In this document: piece by piece, positions 46,061-55,235 of the stretch | Layout of the letters: every line of letters starts with the position of its first letter | Position numbering within the stretch: the stretch's first letter is position 1 | Sequence record: NC_026927.1 | Length of the DNA stretch: 64,000 nt | Reading direction: 5' to 3' (one strand) | The notes under the pieces: model-generated | Databases searched by the model: none | The model's input: the letters and a program-made list of their open reading frames with translations, nothing else | Told to the model about the DNA's origin: nothing | Program-made: the position numbers and the translations under genes

Positions 46061-46911
46061 CTAAGGATAAGAACAAGTCCCAGTTCAAACTACAGGGTGT
46101 TCCTAGGATTTACTACATCAGTTTAGATGATCATGCTCATCGTCAAGACTATATGGAGTCCCAGTTTGAAGACTGGGGCATCACTAACTTCGAAAGAATC
46201 TCTGCTCATGATGGTAGAGGTGATAATGATCTGAGTGATATTCTCAAAGGATCTTATCCAAAGATGATGAGTTCTGGTGAGGTTGGTTGTGTAACCTCTC
46301 ACCTAAAGGCACTAAAACACTGGTTAGATACTACAGAGGGTGAAGAGTTTCTCCTTATGATGGAGGATGATTGTGATATCTCCACTGCTTCCCACTGGGG
46401 GTTCTCCTGGAGAGAGTTTGTTGGGAATATTCCATCCCATGTAGATTGTGTTCAGTTAGCAGTTATCAACCCATCAGAACTACATATCAAACTCCATATC
46501 AGGTTTGTGAATGATTTCTCCACTGCCTCATACCTAATCCGTAGATCACACGCAGAGAAGTTAGTTAGACTCTATTGTAGGGGTGATAAGTATAAACTTG
46601 ATAGTGATATCAAACCCAGAGCAGTTGCTGATGATCTTATCTACAACTCTGGTGTGACTCTTGCTATGCCTCTATTTGCCTTCAAGATTGCACTAGGTTC
46701 CAGTATCCATGATGTCCATATCAATACCTTCCACAAGAGTAGTCATGATGGTATCTGGGAGTTTTGGAAGAAAACAGCACCAACTATTGAGAACTGGAAA
46801 CCATTCTTCAACTATGATGCCTATCTGGGAACCCTACCACCCAATGTTGTGGTTCAACAATGGCAGCAAAAACAGGAATCCAAAGCAAAAGATTCAGGGG
46901 CTTCGCAATAG
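46033..46911 (+). CDS. GT25-family glycosyltransferase
   Basis: YYISLD...R..YM, FERISAHDG, GEVGCVTSHL, MEDD. Confidence 0.85.
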   Translation: MAKGFSPVVTKDKNKSQFKLQGVPRIYYISLDDHAHRQDYMESQFEDWGITNFERISAHDGRGDNDLSDILKGSYPKMMSSGEVGCVTSHLKALKHWLDTTEGEEFLLMMEDDCDISTASHWGFSWREFVGNIPSHVDCVQLAVINPSELHIKLHIRFVNDFSTASYLIRRSHAEKLVRLYCRGDKYKLDSDIKPRAVADDLIYNSGVTLAMPLFAFKIALGSSIHDVHINTFHKSSHDGIWEFWKKTAPTIENWKPFFNYDAYLGTLPPNVVVQQWQQKQESKAKDSGASQ

Positions 46912-46955
46912 AACATATATATGTTATAATATTTACATTCACCCATGAGGTTATT

Positions 46956-47075
46956 ATGAAATTTGGTTTTACCCCCGAAGCAGAAATCCTAAACGCTCGT
47001 TTGGCAATGTTGGGATTCGTTATCGCCGTAGGCACTTACTTGACCACAGGTCAGATTATTCCAGGAGTTCTTTGA
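46956..47075 (+). CDS. hli: high-light-inducible protein (39 aa)
   Basis: [13 protein letters not shown] chlorophyll-binding motif; GAGG SD; start moved to ATG 46956. Confidence 0.9.
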   Translation: MKFGFTPEAEILNARLAMLGFVIAVGTYLTTGQIIPGVL

Positions 47076-47368
47076 TGGCGTTTTCTGTAACACTTAGATC
47101 ACCTACTGGTGAAGATAAAGTTGTAACAGTGGAGGGAGATCAATACATCCTAGATGCCGCAGAGGAAGCGGGTGTATATCTCCCATATTCATGTAGAGCT
47201 GGTGCTTGTTCATCCTGTGCAGGTAAGATTGTATCTGGAAAGGTGAATCAAGAAGACCAGTCATTCTTAGATGATGATCAGATCGAAGCAGGTTTCGCAC
47301 TCTTATGTGTAGCTTATGCCGAATCTGATTGTGTGATTGAGACGGAAAAAGAGGAAACCCTTTACTGA
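47075..47368 (+). CDS. petF: plant-type [2Fe-2S] ferredoxin
   Basis: [16 protein letters not shown]...LLCVAY. Confidence 0.97.
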   Translation: MAFSVTLRSPTGEDKVVTVEGDQYILDAAEEAGVYLPYSCRAGACSSCAGKIVSGKVNQEDQSFLDDDQIEAGFALLCVAYAESDCVIETEKEETLY

Positions 47369-47373
47369 GACTG

Positions 47374-47523
47374 ATGTCTAATCCAAACGCTCTATATGAA
47401 GATATGGAGAAACTGAATGCCCTCTACGAAGAACTTTGTTGGGGGCATAACGATGAACTACAATTTTCCCATGACGGGGAGAGCATTATTATTACCAATA
47501 AAACCCAGGAGAAACAAAAATGA
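47374..47523 (+). CDS. small hypothetical protein (49 aa)
   Basis: own translation MSNPNALYEDMEKLNALYEELCW...; ATGA overlap with hli. Confidence 0.6.
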   Translation: MSNPNALYEDMEKLNALYEELCWGHNDELQFSHDGESIIITNKTQEKQK

Positions 47524-47729
47524 CAGTAACAACTGAAGACGGCGGACGCACAAACATGTACGCCACTGAACCCACTATGTTTATTGATCCTTCTTACACT
47601 GAGAAGTATGGTTTAGAAACACACGCTGAACGAGCTGAAACAGCAAACGGGCGTTGGGCAATGATTGGATTTGTTTCTGGTATTGTATCCTATGTTATTA
47701 CTGGTAACTTCTTCTTTGGTGTTATCTAA
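47520..47729 (+). CDS. hli: high-light-inducible protein
   Basis: MTVTTEDGGR.NMYA.EP...AETANGRWAMIGF. Confidence 0.92.
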   Translation: MTVTTEDGGRTNMYATEPTMFIDPSYTEKYGLETHAERAETANGRWAMIGFVSGIVSYVITGNFFFGVI

Positions 47730-47736
47730 TATTAGA

Positions 47737-47763
47737 AGGAGGGTTTGATACCCTCCTTTTTTT
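47737..47763 (+). terminator. intrinsic terminator
   Basis: AGGAGGGT-TTGAT-ACCCTCCT then T-run. Confidence 0.8.
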
Positions 47764-47770
47764 GTGCTCC

Positions 47771-47778
47771 TATAAATA
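47771..47778 (+). promoter_or_regulatory. T4-type late promoter
   Basis: TATAAATA upstream of the fibre gene. Confidence 0.75.
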
Positions 47779-47810
47779 CCTTCTAGGCACCCACACACCT
47801 TCGTATCAAA

Positions 47811-50219
47811 ATGGCATTTAAGATTAATGGCGTAGTACGCATTGATAATAGTGGCAACGGTTTTCTGGGAATTGTAACCGCTACCGACGCTAATATCACA
47901 GGAGTTCTCACTGCCACTGAGGTGGATGCGAAAGTATCATCTAAGGCAATAACTGAACAAACAGATGGAACCGTAGATGATGTAACTGGTGCAGATGAAC
48001 TATTACTATTAGATGCCGAGACTGGTGGATTACTAAGAGTATCAATAGATGAGTTCGTGCAGGGTTCAGGCATTGGAACTCTAGTAACGGACTTTGATAA
48101 CTTAACTGTTACTGGTATCACAACCGTTGCCACCCTCAAAGGTATTGGATCTAGTAATATCAGTGTAGGAAGTTCACTTTCCTTTGCTGATGGTACAGAG
48201 ATCATCATGGGTGACTCTGGTGACTTCAGTATTCATCATGATGGTGATCATACTTACCTAGATGAGACGGGGCAGGGTAATCTAAAACTCCGTACAAATA
48301 ACTTTAGAGTAACAAATATAGCAGAAACAAAACCAGCTATTACAGCACAGGTTACTTCTGGTGTTGAGTTGTATTTTGATGGTAATAAGAAGATAGAAAC
48401 TACAAATACTGGTGTTCTTGTGAGTGGTATGCTCACTGCTGATAGATTAAGATCAGGTGATATTGCTGCTAGAAATGTAATCACACTGGGCATTACCACT
48501 ATTCAAGATCACCTAGAGGTGAATGATAGTACTGGTTCTGGTACCGAATACAATCTCAATGTTAAGACCAATGGTAGTTCTACCTTTGGTGTCTTAGGTA
48601 ATGGAAATATTCTACTTGGAAACAGTTCCGGTGCTCCATTCATGGCGACGAATGATCACCACGCAACTTCCAAGAAGTATGTGGATGATGCTATTGATGA
48701 TTCCGTCAGCTACATCGGCGCTAGTGCTTGGGGTAGTGTTGCTGCTGATGGATCACTTCGGAATGGACTAAACTGCACAACTTCACAAACAAGTGGAGGG
48801 GTTTATCAAGTCACGTTCACAACTCCTCTTCCTAATGCAAACTATGCTATCACTGGAGCATCTAGTGATAGTGCTTTCTGGGTAAAAGATGGTTCAGAAA
48901 CAGTCAATGGATTTACAGTTTATATAGTTGATGTAGATGGAAATTCAATAAATAGAGATTTATCCTTCGCCGTCTTCAGTGCCAACGCCATCGTGCCGCC
49001 GTCAGGCGTAGGCGCTGACGCCTGGGGAACATTCTCTGGAACGACTGGCGACCTGCAAGCTGGGATGAATATCAGCTCAACTACACGTACTGCCCTAGGA
49101 GAATATGACGTAGAATTTATAACCGAGATGCCTTCGGACTCAGAATATGCCGTAACCGCAGTATCTAATGCAAGTCAAGCAAAGTTTATTAATATACGCA
49201 ATAAGTCTACAAGTGGTTTTAAGGTTGTAACTAGAGATGGTTCTGGAAATATTTCTGACGGAGCCGTATCCTTTGCCGTCCACGCATCATCAACAGTCAC
49301 GCCAACCTATACCTGGACACGCGACGGCACAACGCTGAAGACTGCTAATGATGGTGATGATGTAGAGGTGAACGGTCGGGGCCTTTTCGAAAGCAGCGAG
49401 CCGGCTGACTATGTTGTGAGAGTAAAAAACACCGACACAGGTACTATCAATCCCGCATGTTTGCTGCTGGACATGCGAGATGTTGACGCTTCTAATAATT
49501 ATTCAGCCTTAAGGGTAGTAGGTTACAACACTACAACAGGTCTTGATATAAATTCAGACGGCGCTATCACGGCTCAGGGGCAGATAACCGCAAACGTCAG
49601 TAACCAAGGCGGAGAGAATAGTGCAATCAAGGCAATTCAAACCAACTCCAACGGGTATGCGGTATGGGTTGGTGATGGACCTAACTCTACAGATAGAACC
49701 GCTTCTATAGGCCCTGATGGAAGAGCCACGTTTTCCTCCGGCAAAATTTCGCTGGGTCCGACCGGCTCGGGGACGTTTGCAGACAATAACATCTTCCTGC
49801 AGTCGGACGGACAAGTCAGATGCACGAACGTAATTACATCTTCAGCTTTGGCAGGCTCAGGCACCAGACCATTATATGTCGACTCATCTGGTGGTTTAAC
49901 TATCAGCTCTTCTGATCGTAGTTTGAAGACGAACATCACTACTCTTCCTGATCAGATACAAGTAGTCAAAGCATTAAATCCCGTTTCGTTTAATTGGATA
50001 GAGAAAGAAAGACTAGGTGCAGGTCTTGAAATTGGATTTATTGCTCAAGAAGTAGAAGAAATCGTTCCTGAGGTTGTTCGTAGCACTGCCGGAATACTTT
50101 CAGTAGATTATGCAAAATTAACCGCAACTTTAACGTCTGCCCTACAGGCAGCACTCACCCGCATCGAAGCCCTCGAAGCGAAAGTCCAATCACTCGAAGA
50201 AGGTGTGACACCTGACTAA
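47811..50219 (+). CDS. tail fibre-like protein with C-terminal intramolecular chaperone (peptidase S74-like)
   Basis: GITT/GIVT fibre motifs; two AW G.. domains; C-terminal SSDRSLKTNI...GFIAQEVE..VPE...VDY..L. Confidence 0.85.
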   Translation: MAFKINGVVRIDNSGNGFLGIVTATDANITGVLTATEVDAKVSSKAITEQTDGTVDDVTGADELLLLDAETGGLLRVSIDEFVQGSGIGTLVTDFDNLTVTGITTVATLKGIGSSNISVGSSLSFADGTEIIMGDSGDFSIHHDGDHTYLDETGQGNLKLRTNNFRVTNIAETKPAITAQVTSGVELYFDGNKKIETTNTGVLVSGMLTADRLRSGDIAARNVITLGITTIQDHLEVNDSTGSGTEYNLNVKTNGSSTFGVLGNGNILLGNSSGAPFMATNDHHATSKKYVDDAIDDSVSYIGASAWGSVAADGSLRNGLNCTTSQTSGGVYQVTFTTPLPNANYAITGASSDSAFWVKDGSETVNGFTVYIVDVDGNSINRDLSFAVFSANAIVPPSGVGADAWGTFSGTTGDLQAGMNISSTTRTALGEYDVEFITEMPSDSEYAVTAVSNASQAKFINIRNKSTSGFKVVTRDGSGNISDGAVSFAVHASSTVTPTYTWTRDGTTLKTANDGDDVEVNGRGLFESSEPADYVVRVKNTDTGTINPACLLLDMRDVDASNNYSALRVVGYNTTTGLDINSDGAITAQGQITANVSNQGGENSAIKAIQTNSNGYAVWVGDGPNSTDRTASIGPDGRATFSSGKISLGPTGSGTFADNNIFLQSDGQVRCTNVITSSALAGSGTRPLYVDSSGGLTISSSDRSLKTNITTLPDQIQVVKALNPVSFNWIEKERLGAGLEIGFIAQEVEEIVPEVVRSTAGILSVDYAKLTATLTSALQAALTRIEALEAKVQSLEEGVTPD

Positions 50220-50232
50220 CTGGCACAGGGGG

Positions 50233-50261
50233 TTGGCACCCTGGGGAATCTGTGTTATAAT
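50233..50261 (+). promoter_or_regulatory. psbA promoter
   Basis: TTGGCA-17nt-TATAAT with TGTG extension. Confidence 0.75.
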
Positions 50262-50298
50262 AAACACATAAATAAGATATGTAAAGTTCTTATTACAA

Positions 50299-50410
50299 CA
50301 CTTCCATCTAACCGAGACCTATGGGGAAGTAAAATACGTCTCTAATACCTACACCGGAGGGTGGTGTAGGAATAATACTATCGTCAGCTCCCCCTGGCAC
50401 TACTTACCCT
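50299..50410 (+). promoter_or_regulatory. structured psbA leader, probably the PhotoRC-II RNA motif
   Basis: CTTCC/GGAAG stem with CTAACCGAGAC loop, downstream GTCTC partner, CCTACACC/GGTGTAGG stem; family name from recollection. Confidence 0.6.
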
Positions 50411-50419
50411 TTTTACACA

Positions 50420-51499
50420 ATGGCTTCAACACTTACACGCCGTCAAGGCGCATCTATCTGGGATCAGTTTTGTTCCTGGGTCACATCAACCAACAATCGT
50501 CTTTACGTCGGTTGGTTCGGTGTTCTAATGATTCCTACATTGTTAGCCGCAACTGTATGTTTCATTATCGCTTTCGTGGGTGCTCCCCCAGTGGACATCG
50601 ACGGAATCCGTGAACCAGTAGCTGGTTCACTCATGTATGGAAACAACATCATCTCTGGTGCAGTTGTTCCTAGTTCAAACGCAATCGGTCTACACTTCTA
50701 CCCAATCTGGGAAGCAGCCACACTCGACGAATGGCTCTACAACGGTGGTCCTTTCCAACTAGTTGTCTTCCACTTCCTTATTGGTATCTACGCCTATATG
50801 GGACGTGAGTGGGAACTCTCTTATCGTTTAGGTATGAGACCTTGGATCTGTGTAGCATACTCTGCACCAGTTGCAGCAGCTTCAGCAGTATTCCTAGTCT
50901 ATCCTTTCGGTCAAGGTTCATTCTCAGACGCGATGCCCTTGGGTATCTCTGGAACATTCAACTACATGTTGGTCTTCCAAGCAGAACATAACATCTTGAT
51001 GCACCCCTTCCACATGTTGGGAGTCGCAGGTGTCTTCGGTGGTTCATTGTTCTCAGCGATGCATGGTTCACTTGTTACCTCTTCACTTGTCCGTGAGACA
51101 ACTGAAACTGAGTCACAGAACTATGGTTACAAGTTCGGCCAAGAAGAAGAGACCTATAACATCGTGGCAGCCCATGGCTACTTCGGTCGTTTGATCTTCC
51201 AATACGCTTCATTCAACAACTCACGCTCACTCCACTTCTTCTTAGCCGCATGGCCAGTTGTGGGTATCTGGTTCACCGCACTTGGTGTTTCCACAATGGC
51301 ATTCAACCTCAATGGTTTCAACTTCAACCAGTCTGTTATCGACGGACAAGGTAGAGTATTGAACACCTGGGCGGATGTTCTTAACAGAGCTGGTCTTGGG
51401 ATGGAAGTAATGCATGAGAGAAATGCACACAACTTCCCACTAGATTTGGCAGCAGCTGAGTCCACACCAGTGGCTCTAATTGCACCATCTGTTGGTTGA
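50420..51499 (+). CDS. psbA: photosystem II D1 protein, uninterrupted
   Basis: [41 protein letters not shown]. Confidence 0.99.
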   Translation: MASTLTRRQGASIWDQFCSWVTSTNNRLYVGWFGVLMIPTLLAATVCFIIAFVGAPPVDIDGIREPVAGSLMYGNNIISGAVVPSSNAIGLHFYPIWEAATLDEWLYNGGPFQLVVFHFLIGIYAYMGREWELSYRLGMRPWICVAYSAPVAAASAVFLVYPFGQGSFSDAMPLGISGTFNYMLVFQAEHNILMHPFHMLGVAGVFGGSLFSAMHGSLVTSSLVRETTETESQNYGYKFGQEEETYNIVAAHGYFGRLIFQYASFNNSRSLHFFLAAWPVVGIWFTALGVSTMAFNLNGFNFNQSVIDGQGRVLNTWADVLNRAGLGMEVMHERNAHNFPLDLAAAESTPVALIAPSVG

Positions 51500-51520
51500 T
51501 CACTCAACCTGTGGTATGAT

Positions 51521-51548
51521 AAAGGGGGACTTCGGTCCCCTTTCTTTT
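51521..51548 (+). terminator. psbA terminator with cUUCGg tetraloop
   Basis: GGGGAC-TTCG-GTCCCC then T-rich tract. Confidence 0.9.
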
Positions 51549-51569
51549 TCTTTTGTAATGTAAAGTTTT

Positions 51570-51800
51570 ATGTCTCACGATCTAATCGAATTGCTCACTT
51601 ACTATGTGATCGGTGGTGCCCTTATCATAGGACCACCCGCTATCTTTCTCATCATTGCTATGATGGCAGCACTCCAAAATACGAAAGGTCGCATGGTTGG
51701 ATACAAAGATCACAAAACTTATGGTGATTCATCCATCTACGATCCGGCATCAAAATTGCCAGTAGATCAAACAAAATTCTTCTTGGAACTAAACAATTAA
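51570..51800 (+). CDS. small membrane protein
   Basis: N-terminal TM segment, GRMVGYKDHK.YG. Confidence 0.7.
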   Translation: MSHDLIELLTYYVIGGALIIGPPAIFLIIAMMAALQNTKGRMVGYKDHKTYGDSSIYDPASKLPVDQTKFFLELNN

Positions 51801-51811
51801 GGTAAACAAAA

Positions 51812-52867
51812 ATGACTACAAGTACACTAACAACACCAACGAGGGGGTGGTATGATATTTTGGAAGACTGGCTTCTCAGAGATAGGTTTATCTTTATTGG
51901 CTGGTCTGGATTACTACTTCTTCCCACTGCTTATCTTGCCATTGGCGGCTGGCTTACTGGCACAACTTTTGTCACGAGTTGGTACACCCATGGTCTTGCT
52001 TCTTCCTATCTTGAGGGTGCTAACTTTCTCACAGCGGCTGTCTCGACTCCTGCTGATGCTATGGGTCATTCTCTTCTTCTACTTTGGGGTCCTGAATCTC
52101 AGGGCGACTTCCAGCGGTGGCTCCAACTTGGAGGGCTTTGGTCCTTTGTTGCTCTCCACGGTGCCTTCGCTCTGATTGGATTCATGCTTCGTCAGTTTGA
52201 ACTGGCAAGACTCATTGGTATCCGTCCCTACAACGCTATTGCATTCAGTGGTCCTATCGCTGTATTTGTCAGTGTGTTTCTTCTATACCCACTAGGTCAA
52301 TCTTCCTGGTTCTTTGCCCCCTCCTTTGGTGTGGCAGCAATCTTTAGATTCCTATTGTTTCTTCAGGGTTTCCACAACTGGACACTGAACCCCTTCCATA
52401 TGATGGGAGTTGCTGGTATACTAGGTGGAGCACTACTATCTGCAATCCATGGCGTTACTGTTGAAAATACCCTATATGAAGATGGAGAACAGAACAACAC
52501 CTTCACTGCGTTCGATTCCACGCAGGAGGAAGAGACCTATTCGATGGTTACTGCGAACCGCTTCTGGTCGCAAATCTTCGGGGTTGCGTTTAGTAATAAG
52601 CGTTGGCTTCACTTCTTTATGTTGTTTGTCCCTGTCATGGGTCTTTGGGTCTCAAGTATTGGCATCATTGGGCTTGCTCTTAATCTTCGTGCTTATGATT
52701 TTGTGAGCCAAGAGATTAGAGCAGCAGAAGATCCTGAGTTTGAAACTTTCTACACAAAGAACATCCTTCTTAACGAAGGACTAAGAGCATGGATGGCACC
52801 TGTGGATCAACCACATGAGTCATTTGTATTCCCAGAAGAAGTTCTACCTAGAGGTAACGCATTGTGA
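51812..52867 (+). CDS. psbD: photosystem II D2 protein
   Basis: [41 protein letters not shown]. Confidence 0.99.
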   Translation: MTTSTLTTPTRGWYDILEDWLLRDRFIFIGWSGLLLLPTAYLAIGGWLTGTTFVTSWYTHGLASSYLEGANFLTAAVSTPADAMGHSLLLLWGPESQGDFQRWLQLGGLWSFVALHGAFALIGFMLRQFELARLIGIRPYNAIAFSGPIAVFVSVFLLYPLGQSSWFFAPSFGVAAIFRFLLFLQGFHNWTLNPFHMMGVAGILGGALLSAIHGVTVENTLYEDGEQNNTFTAFDSTQEEETYSMVTANRFWSQIFGVAFSNKRWLHFFMLFVPVMGLWVSSIGIIGLALNLRAYDFVSQEIRAAEDPEFETFYTKNILLNEGLRAWMAPVDQPHESFVFPEEVLPRGNAL

Positions 52868-53109
52868 TTAACGCACTCTTCACTTTTATATTTGCTGCGG
52901 TGATGTGGGTGCAAGTCCCACAGTGGCAGGATGATTGGTCTAAGTGCGCAGTAGATGTACCTGATGTTCAATGTCATTGGTATATCACAGCACCCGATAG
53001 CACCATGGGTGAAGGATTTAGTTGGGCGAATGCCCCTTGGTTCAGTGCTGAAGGTCTCCTTGATATTGGAGAACTTCACAACACAGTTCAATCACTTCAG
53101 GAGGCATGA
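52864..53109 (+). CDS. hypothetical protein with signal-like N-terminus
   Basis: GTGA overlap with the psbD stop; Trp/Cys-rich. Confidence 0.7.
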   Translation: MINALFTFIFAAVMWVQVPQWQDDWSKCAVDVPDVQCHWYITAPDSTMGEGFSWANAPWFSAEGLLDIGELHNTVQSLQEA

Positions 53110-53321
53110 TGAATATATTATTTTTAGTATTATACTTCGTCTGTTTCTGTCTCATTGCAGGTGGTGCCGCAGCTATGATGTATGCAAACATACAATCTAT
53201 CTGGAACACACCACCTGCCCCACCTAAACCAATTCATCCTGAGGCACCTGCATCAGGTGAAGAGGTTATGTATGTCGATCTAACAAGAGAAAAACTGGAA
53301 GATTTGTATCATGAACATTGA
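53106..53321 (+). CDS. small membrane protein
   Basis: GGAGG SD; N-terminal TM segment, PIHPEAP. Confidence 0.7.
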   Translation: MMNILFLVLYFVCFCLIAGGAAAMMYANIQSIWNTPPAPPKPIHPEAPASGEEVMYVDLTREKLEDLYHEH

Positions 53322-53433
53322 ATATCTTTTAGGTTGGGTTGCTATTCTTGTTTTGTTTATAGCAACACAGAATACCGATGATGACGATGATCCAGAAGGT
53401 GGTATGATGGTTCCTTCCACTCAATCTACATAA
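53311..53433 (+). CDS. small membrane protein with acidic tract (40 aa)
   Basis: own translation MNIEYLLGWVAILVLFIATQNTDDDDDPEGGMMVP...; followed by a hairpin. Confidence 0.6.
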   Translation: MNIEYLLGWVAILVLFIATQNTDDDDDPEGGMMVPSTQST

Positions 53434-53555
53434 CAAAACTACAAGGGGATTGCTAACAATCCTCTTTTTTTGTATCGTTATTTTGTTTGATTGTTATATA
53501 TTGTGTGTATTCTCACACAAACCATATACATAGAGTGTAGAACAAGAGGAGTATT

Positions 53556-53756
53556 ATGTTATCACATAATCTTATTTCGCATAACCAATTAGAAGGTTGG
53601 CGAGAATCTTTTCAGAAGATAGATAAATCTACCAATAGAACAACAGACGAACTAAACCTAATTAATGATTACTATGATTGCTTAATAGAGTGTGATGATA
53701 ACCAATCAGCATGTAAGCGTATCTGTAAACATGTATTGACATCTCCACCAATTTAA
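53556..53756 (+). CDS. small Cys-motif protein
   Basis: GAGGAG SD; DYYDCLIEC...CKRIC. Confidence 0.75.
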   Translation: MLSHNLISHNQLEGWRESFQKIDKSTNRTTDELNLINDYYDCLIECDDNQSACKRICKHVLTSPPI

Positions 53757-53768
53757 ATATGTTAGAAT

Positions 53769-53795
53769 GGAGGGTATAACAACCCTCCTTTTTTT
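53769..53795 (+). terminator. intrinsic terminator
   Basis: GGAGGGT-ATAACA-ACCCTCC then T-run. Confidence 0.8.
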
Positions 53796-53813
53796 ATGCG
53801 ATTCGATTTAACC

Positions 53814-53963
53814 ATGGATGATTATGCCATCATCCTCAACGCATTACACTATTATAAGAAAGTAGAGAAGCGTGGCAACTTCAAGCAGTATAATGAGGAG
53901 CGAGTTAACGATCTTAGGGACCGAATGGCCCACCAAATCGTCTGGGAACAGGGTGAAGAGTAG
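53814..53963 (+). CDS. small hypothetical protein (49 aa)
   Basis: own translation MDDYAIILNALHYYKK... Confidence 0.5.
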   Translation: MDDYAIILNALHYYKKVEKRGNFKQYNEERVNDLRDRMAHQIVWEQGEE

Positions 53964-54078
53964 CAAATACCACCATTTTCAGGAACCTCTCACCAAACCT
54001 TTGGGATACACTATGGGAAAACGGGTTGTTGATCGCCTATAATAAGGGGGTAGAACACAACTGGAGAGAAAATCCACT

Positions 54079-54462
54079 ATGAAAATCCAACAATCAATGC
54101 TTCGTCGTCTCGCCGCTAAGAAGGGGAAGAAGCAGAACGGATTCACACTAATTGAACTGATGGTGGTTGTTGCTATCGTTGGTGTATTGTCGGCTGTTGG
54201 TCTCCCTCAGCTATTGAAAGCACAAGACCGAGCAAAGATCTCAGTAGCACAACAGGAAGCAGTCAACTACGCTAAAGAGTGTTCTATCTCCATTCTTACA
54301 GGTGGCGATGGTCCTGTCGTTGCTAACTTTTCAACAGTTCCTGCCGACCAAACCTGTGCCGCTGGTACTGATGTAACCGCTTTATCTGATACTGAGACAG
54401 TAGTAACCTGGACAGTAGAAATGGAAGGCGGCATCCCTGGCGTTCCTTCTTCCGATGAGTGA
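54079..54462 (+). CDS. type IV prepilin (PilA-like)
   Basis: basic leader MLRRLAAKKGKKQNG|FTLIELMVVVAIVGVLSAVGLP: G-1, F+1, E+5, P+22; two C-terminal Cys. Confidence 0.92.
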   Translation: MKIQQSMLRRLAAKKGKKQNGFTLIELMVVVAIVGVLSAVGLPQLLKAQDRAKISVAQQEAVNYAKECSISILTGGDGPVVANFSTVPADQTCAAGTDVTALSDTETVVTWTVEMEGGIPGVPSSDE

Positions 54463-54468
54463 TCTATT

Positions 54469-55032
54469 ATGAACCTAATGTCCACCATGGTGGGACTTAG
54501 CATCATGGGGGCTTCTGCCCCCGCTATGATGAAAATGTCCATGGCACCATATGAAGCACAACTAAGAGCACAAAACCTAGGTGTAGCCGAAACTGCTGCT
54601 GTAGTATTCGCCGCTACTTACGAAGGTAAGCTCGAACTCCCAGAAGATACAGACACCTGTGTATCAAAACTACGTGAAGGTACTGCAAACGCTTTTAGCG
54701 TTACCTGTACTGAAGGTGATGGTAGGTATGTTCAGTCTGTAACTCGTGCATTCCGTCTAGCTGTTCCCGATGAAGGACTAGACGGTGGTAATGCAACTGA
54801 TACAAGCAGAGAGTTTGCATTTGAAACTCCTACTCGTTTCTCAGGACACCAATGTCCTGGTTATGATTCCTGGGGAGTCAACGGTTACAATGACAAAAAC
54901 TACTCTGCCTTAGGTGGAGCTTGTATTCCTAACGATGGATGGAATCAAACTAATTATCAGTTCTCTGATCCAGACGCTTGGCTTTATGACATCAACAACC
55001 GTAATGGTTGGGGAGCACATCCTGACTACTAA
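54469..55032 (+). CDS. leaderless pilin-like or membrane-anchored protein
   Basis: hydrophobic N-terminal helix MNLMSTMVGLSIMGASAP followed by an amphipathic helix; four Cys; 6 nt after the pilin stop. Confidence 0.55.
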   Translation: MNLMSTMVGLSIMGASAPAMMKMSMAPYEAQLRAQNLGVAETAAVVFAATYEGKLELPEDTDTCVSKLREGTANAFSVTCTEGDGRYVQSVTRAFRLAVPDEGLDGGNATDTSREFAFETPTRFSGHQCPGYDSWGVNGYNDKNYSALGGACIPNDGWNQTNYQFSDPDAWLYDINNRNGWGAHPDY

Positions 55033-55214
55033 TGATTGAGTTACTCGCATCTAGCATTATCATTTACGGTAATGCCAACGGGGTGTGGTCTCCCTCACAT
55101 CCCGATATTTATCCTTATTCAGAACCACCTACACGAGTAGAAAAACCTGAAACTCCAAAAACATCTACGACTAGCGGAAATGGAGATATCATTTTCCCTC
55201 AACTATTAGAATAA
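55032..55214 (+). CDS. small secreted-type hypothetical protein
   Basis: TAATG coupling; hydrophobic start, P/T-rich tail. Confidence 0.55.
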   Translation: MIELLASSIIIYGNANGVWSPSHPDIYPYSEPPTRVEKPETPKTSTTSGNGDIIFPQLLE

Positions 55215-55235
55215 CTAAAACTAGGAAACACACAC

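Noticed and set aside
47783-49939. Minus-strand ORFs of 81-141 aa over the tail fibre gene
   Set aside because: Expected antisense artefacts of a Thr/Gly/Ser-rich sense gene.
50420-52867. Introns or homing endonucleases in psbA/psbD
   Set aside because: Both frames are continuous and of normal length; nrdA and nrdB are also uninterrupted.
53556-53756. CP12 call
   Set aside because: It lacks the AWD.VEEL core and the C-terminal C-X8-C..Y(D/E)D pattern of CP12.
53960-53970. NtcA box upstream of the pilin unit
   Set aside because: GTAGCAAATAC has 5-nt rather than 8-nt spacing between GTA and TAC.
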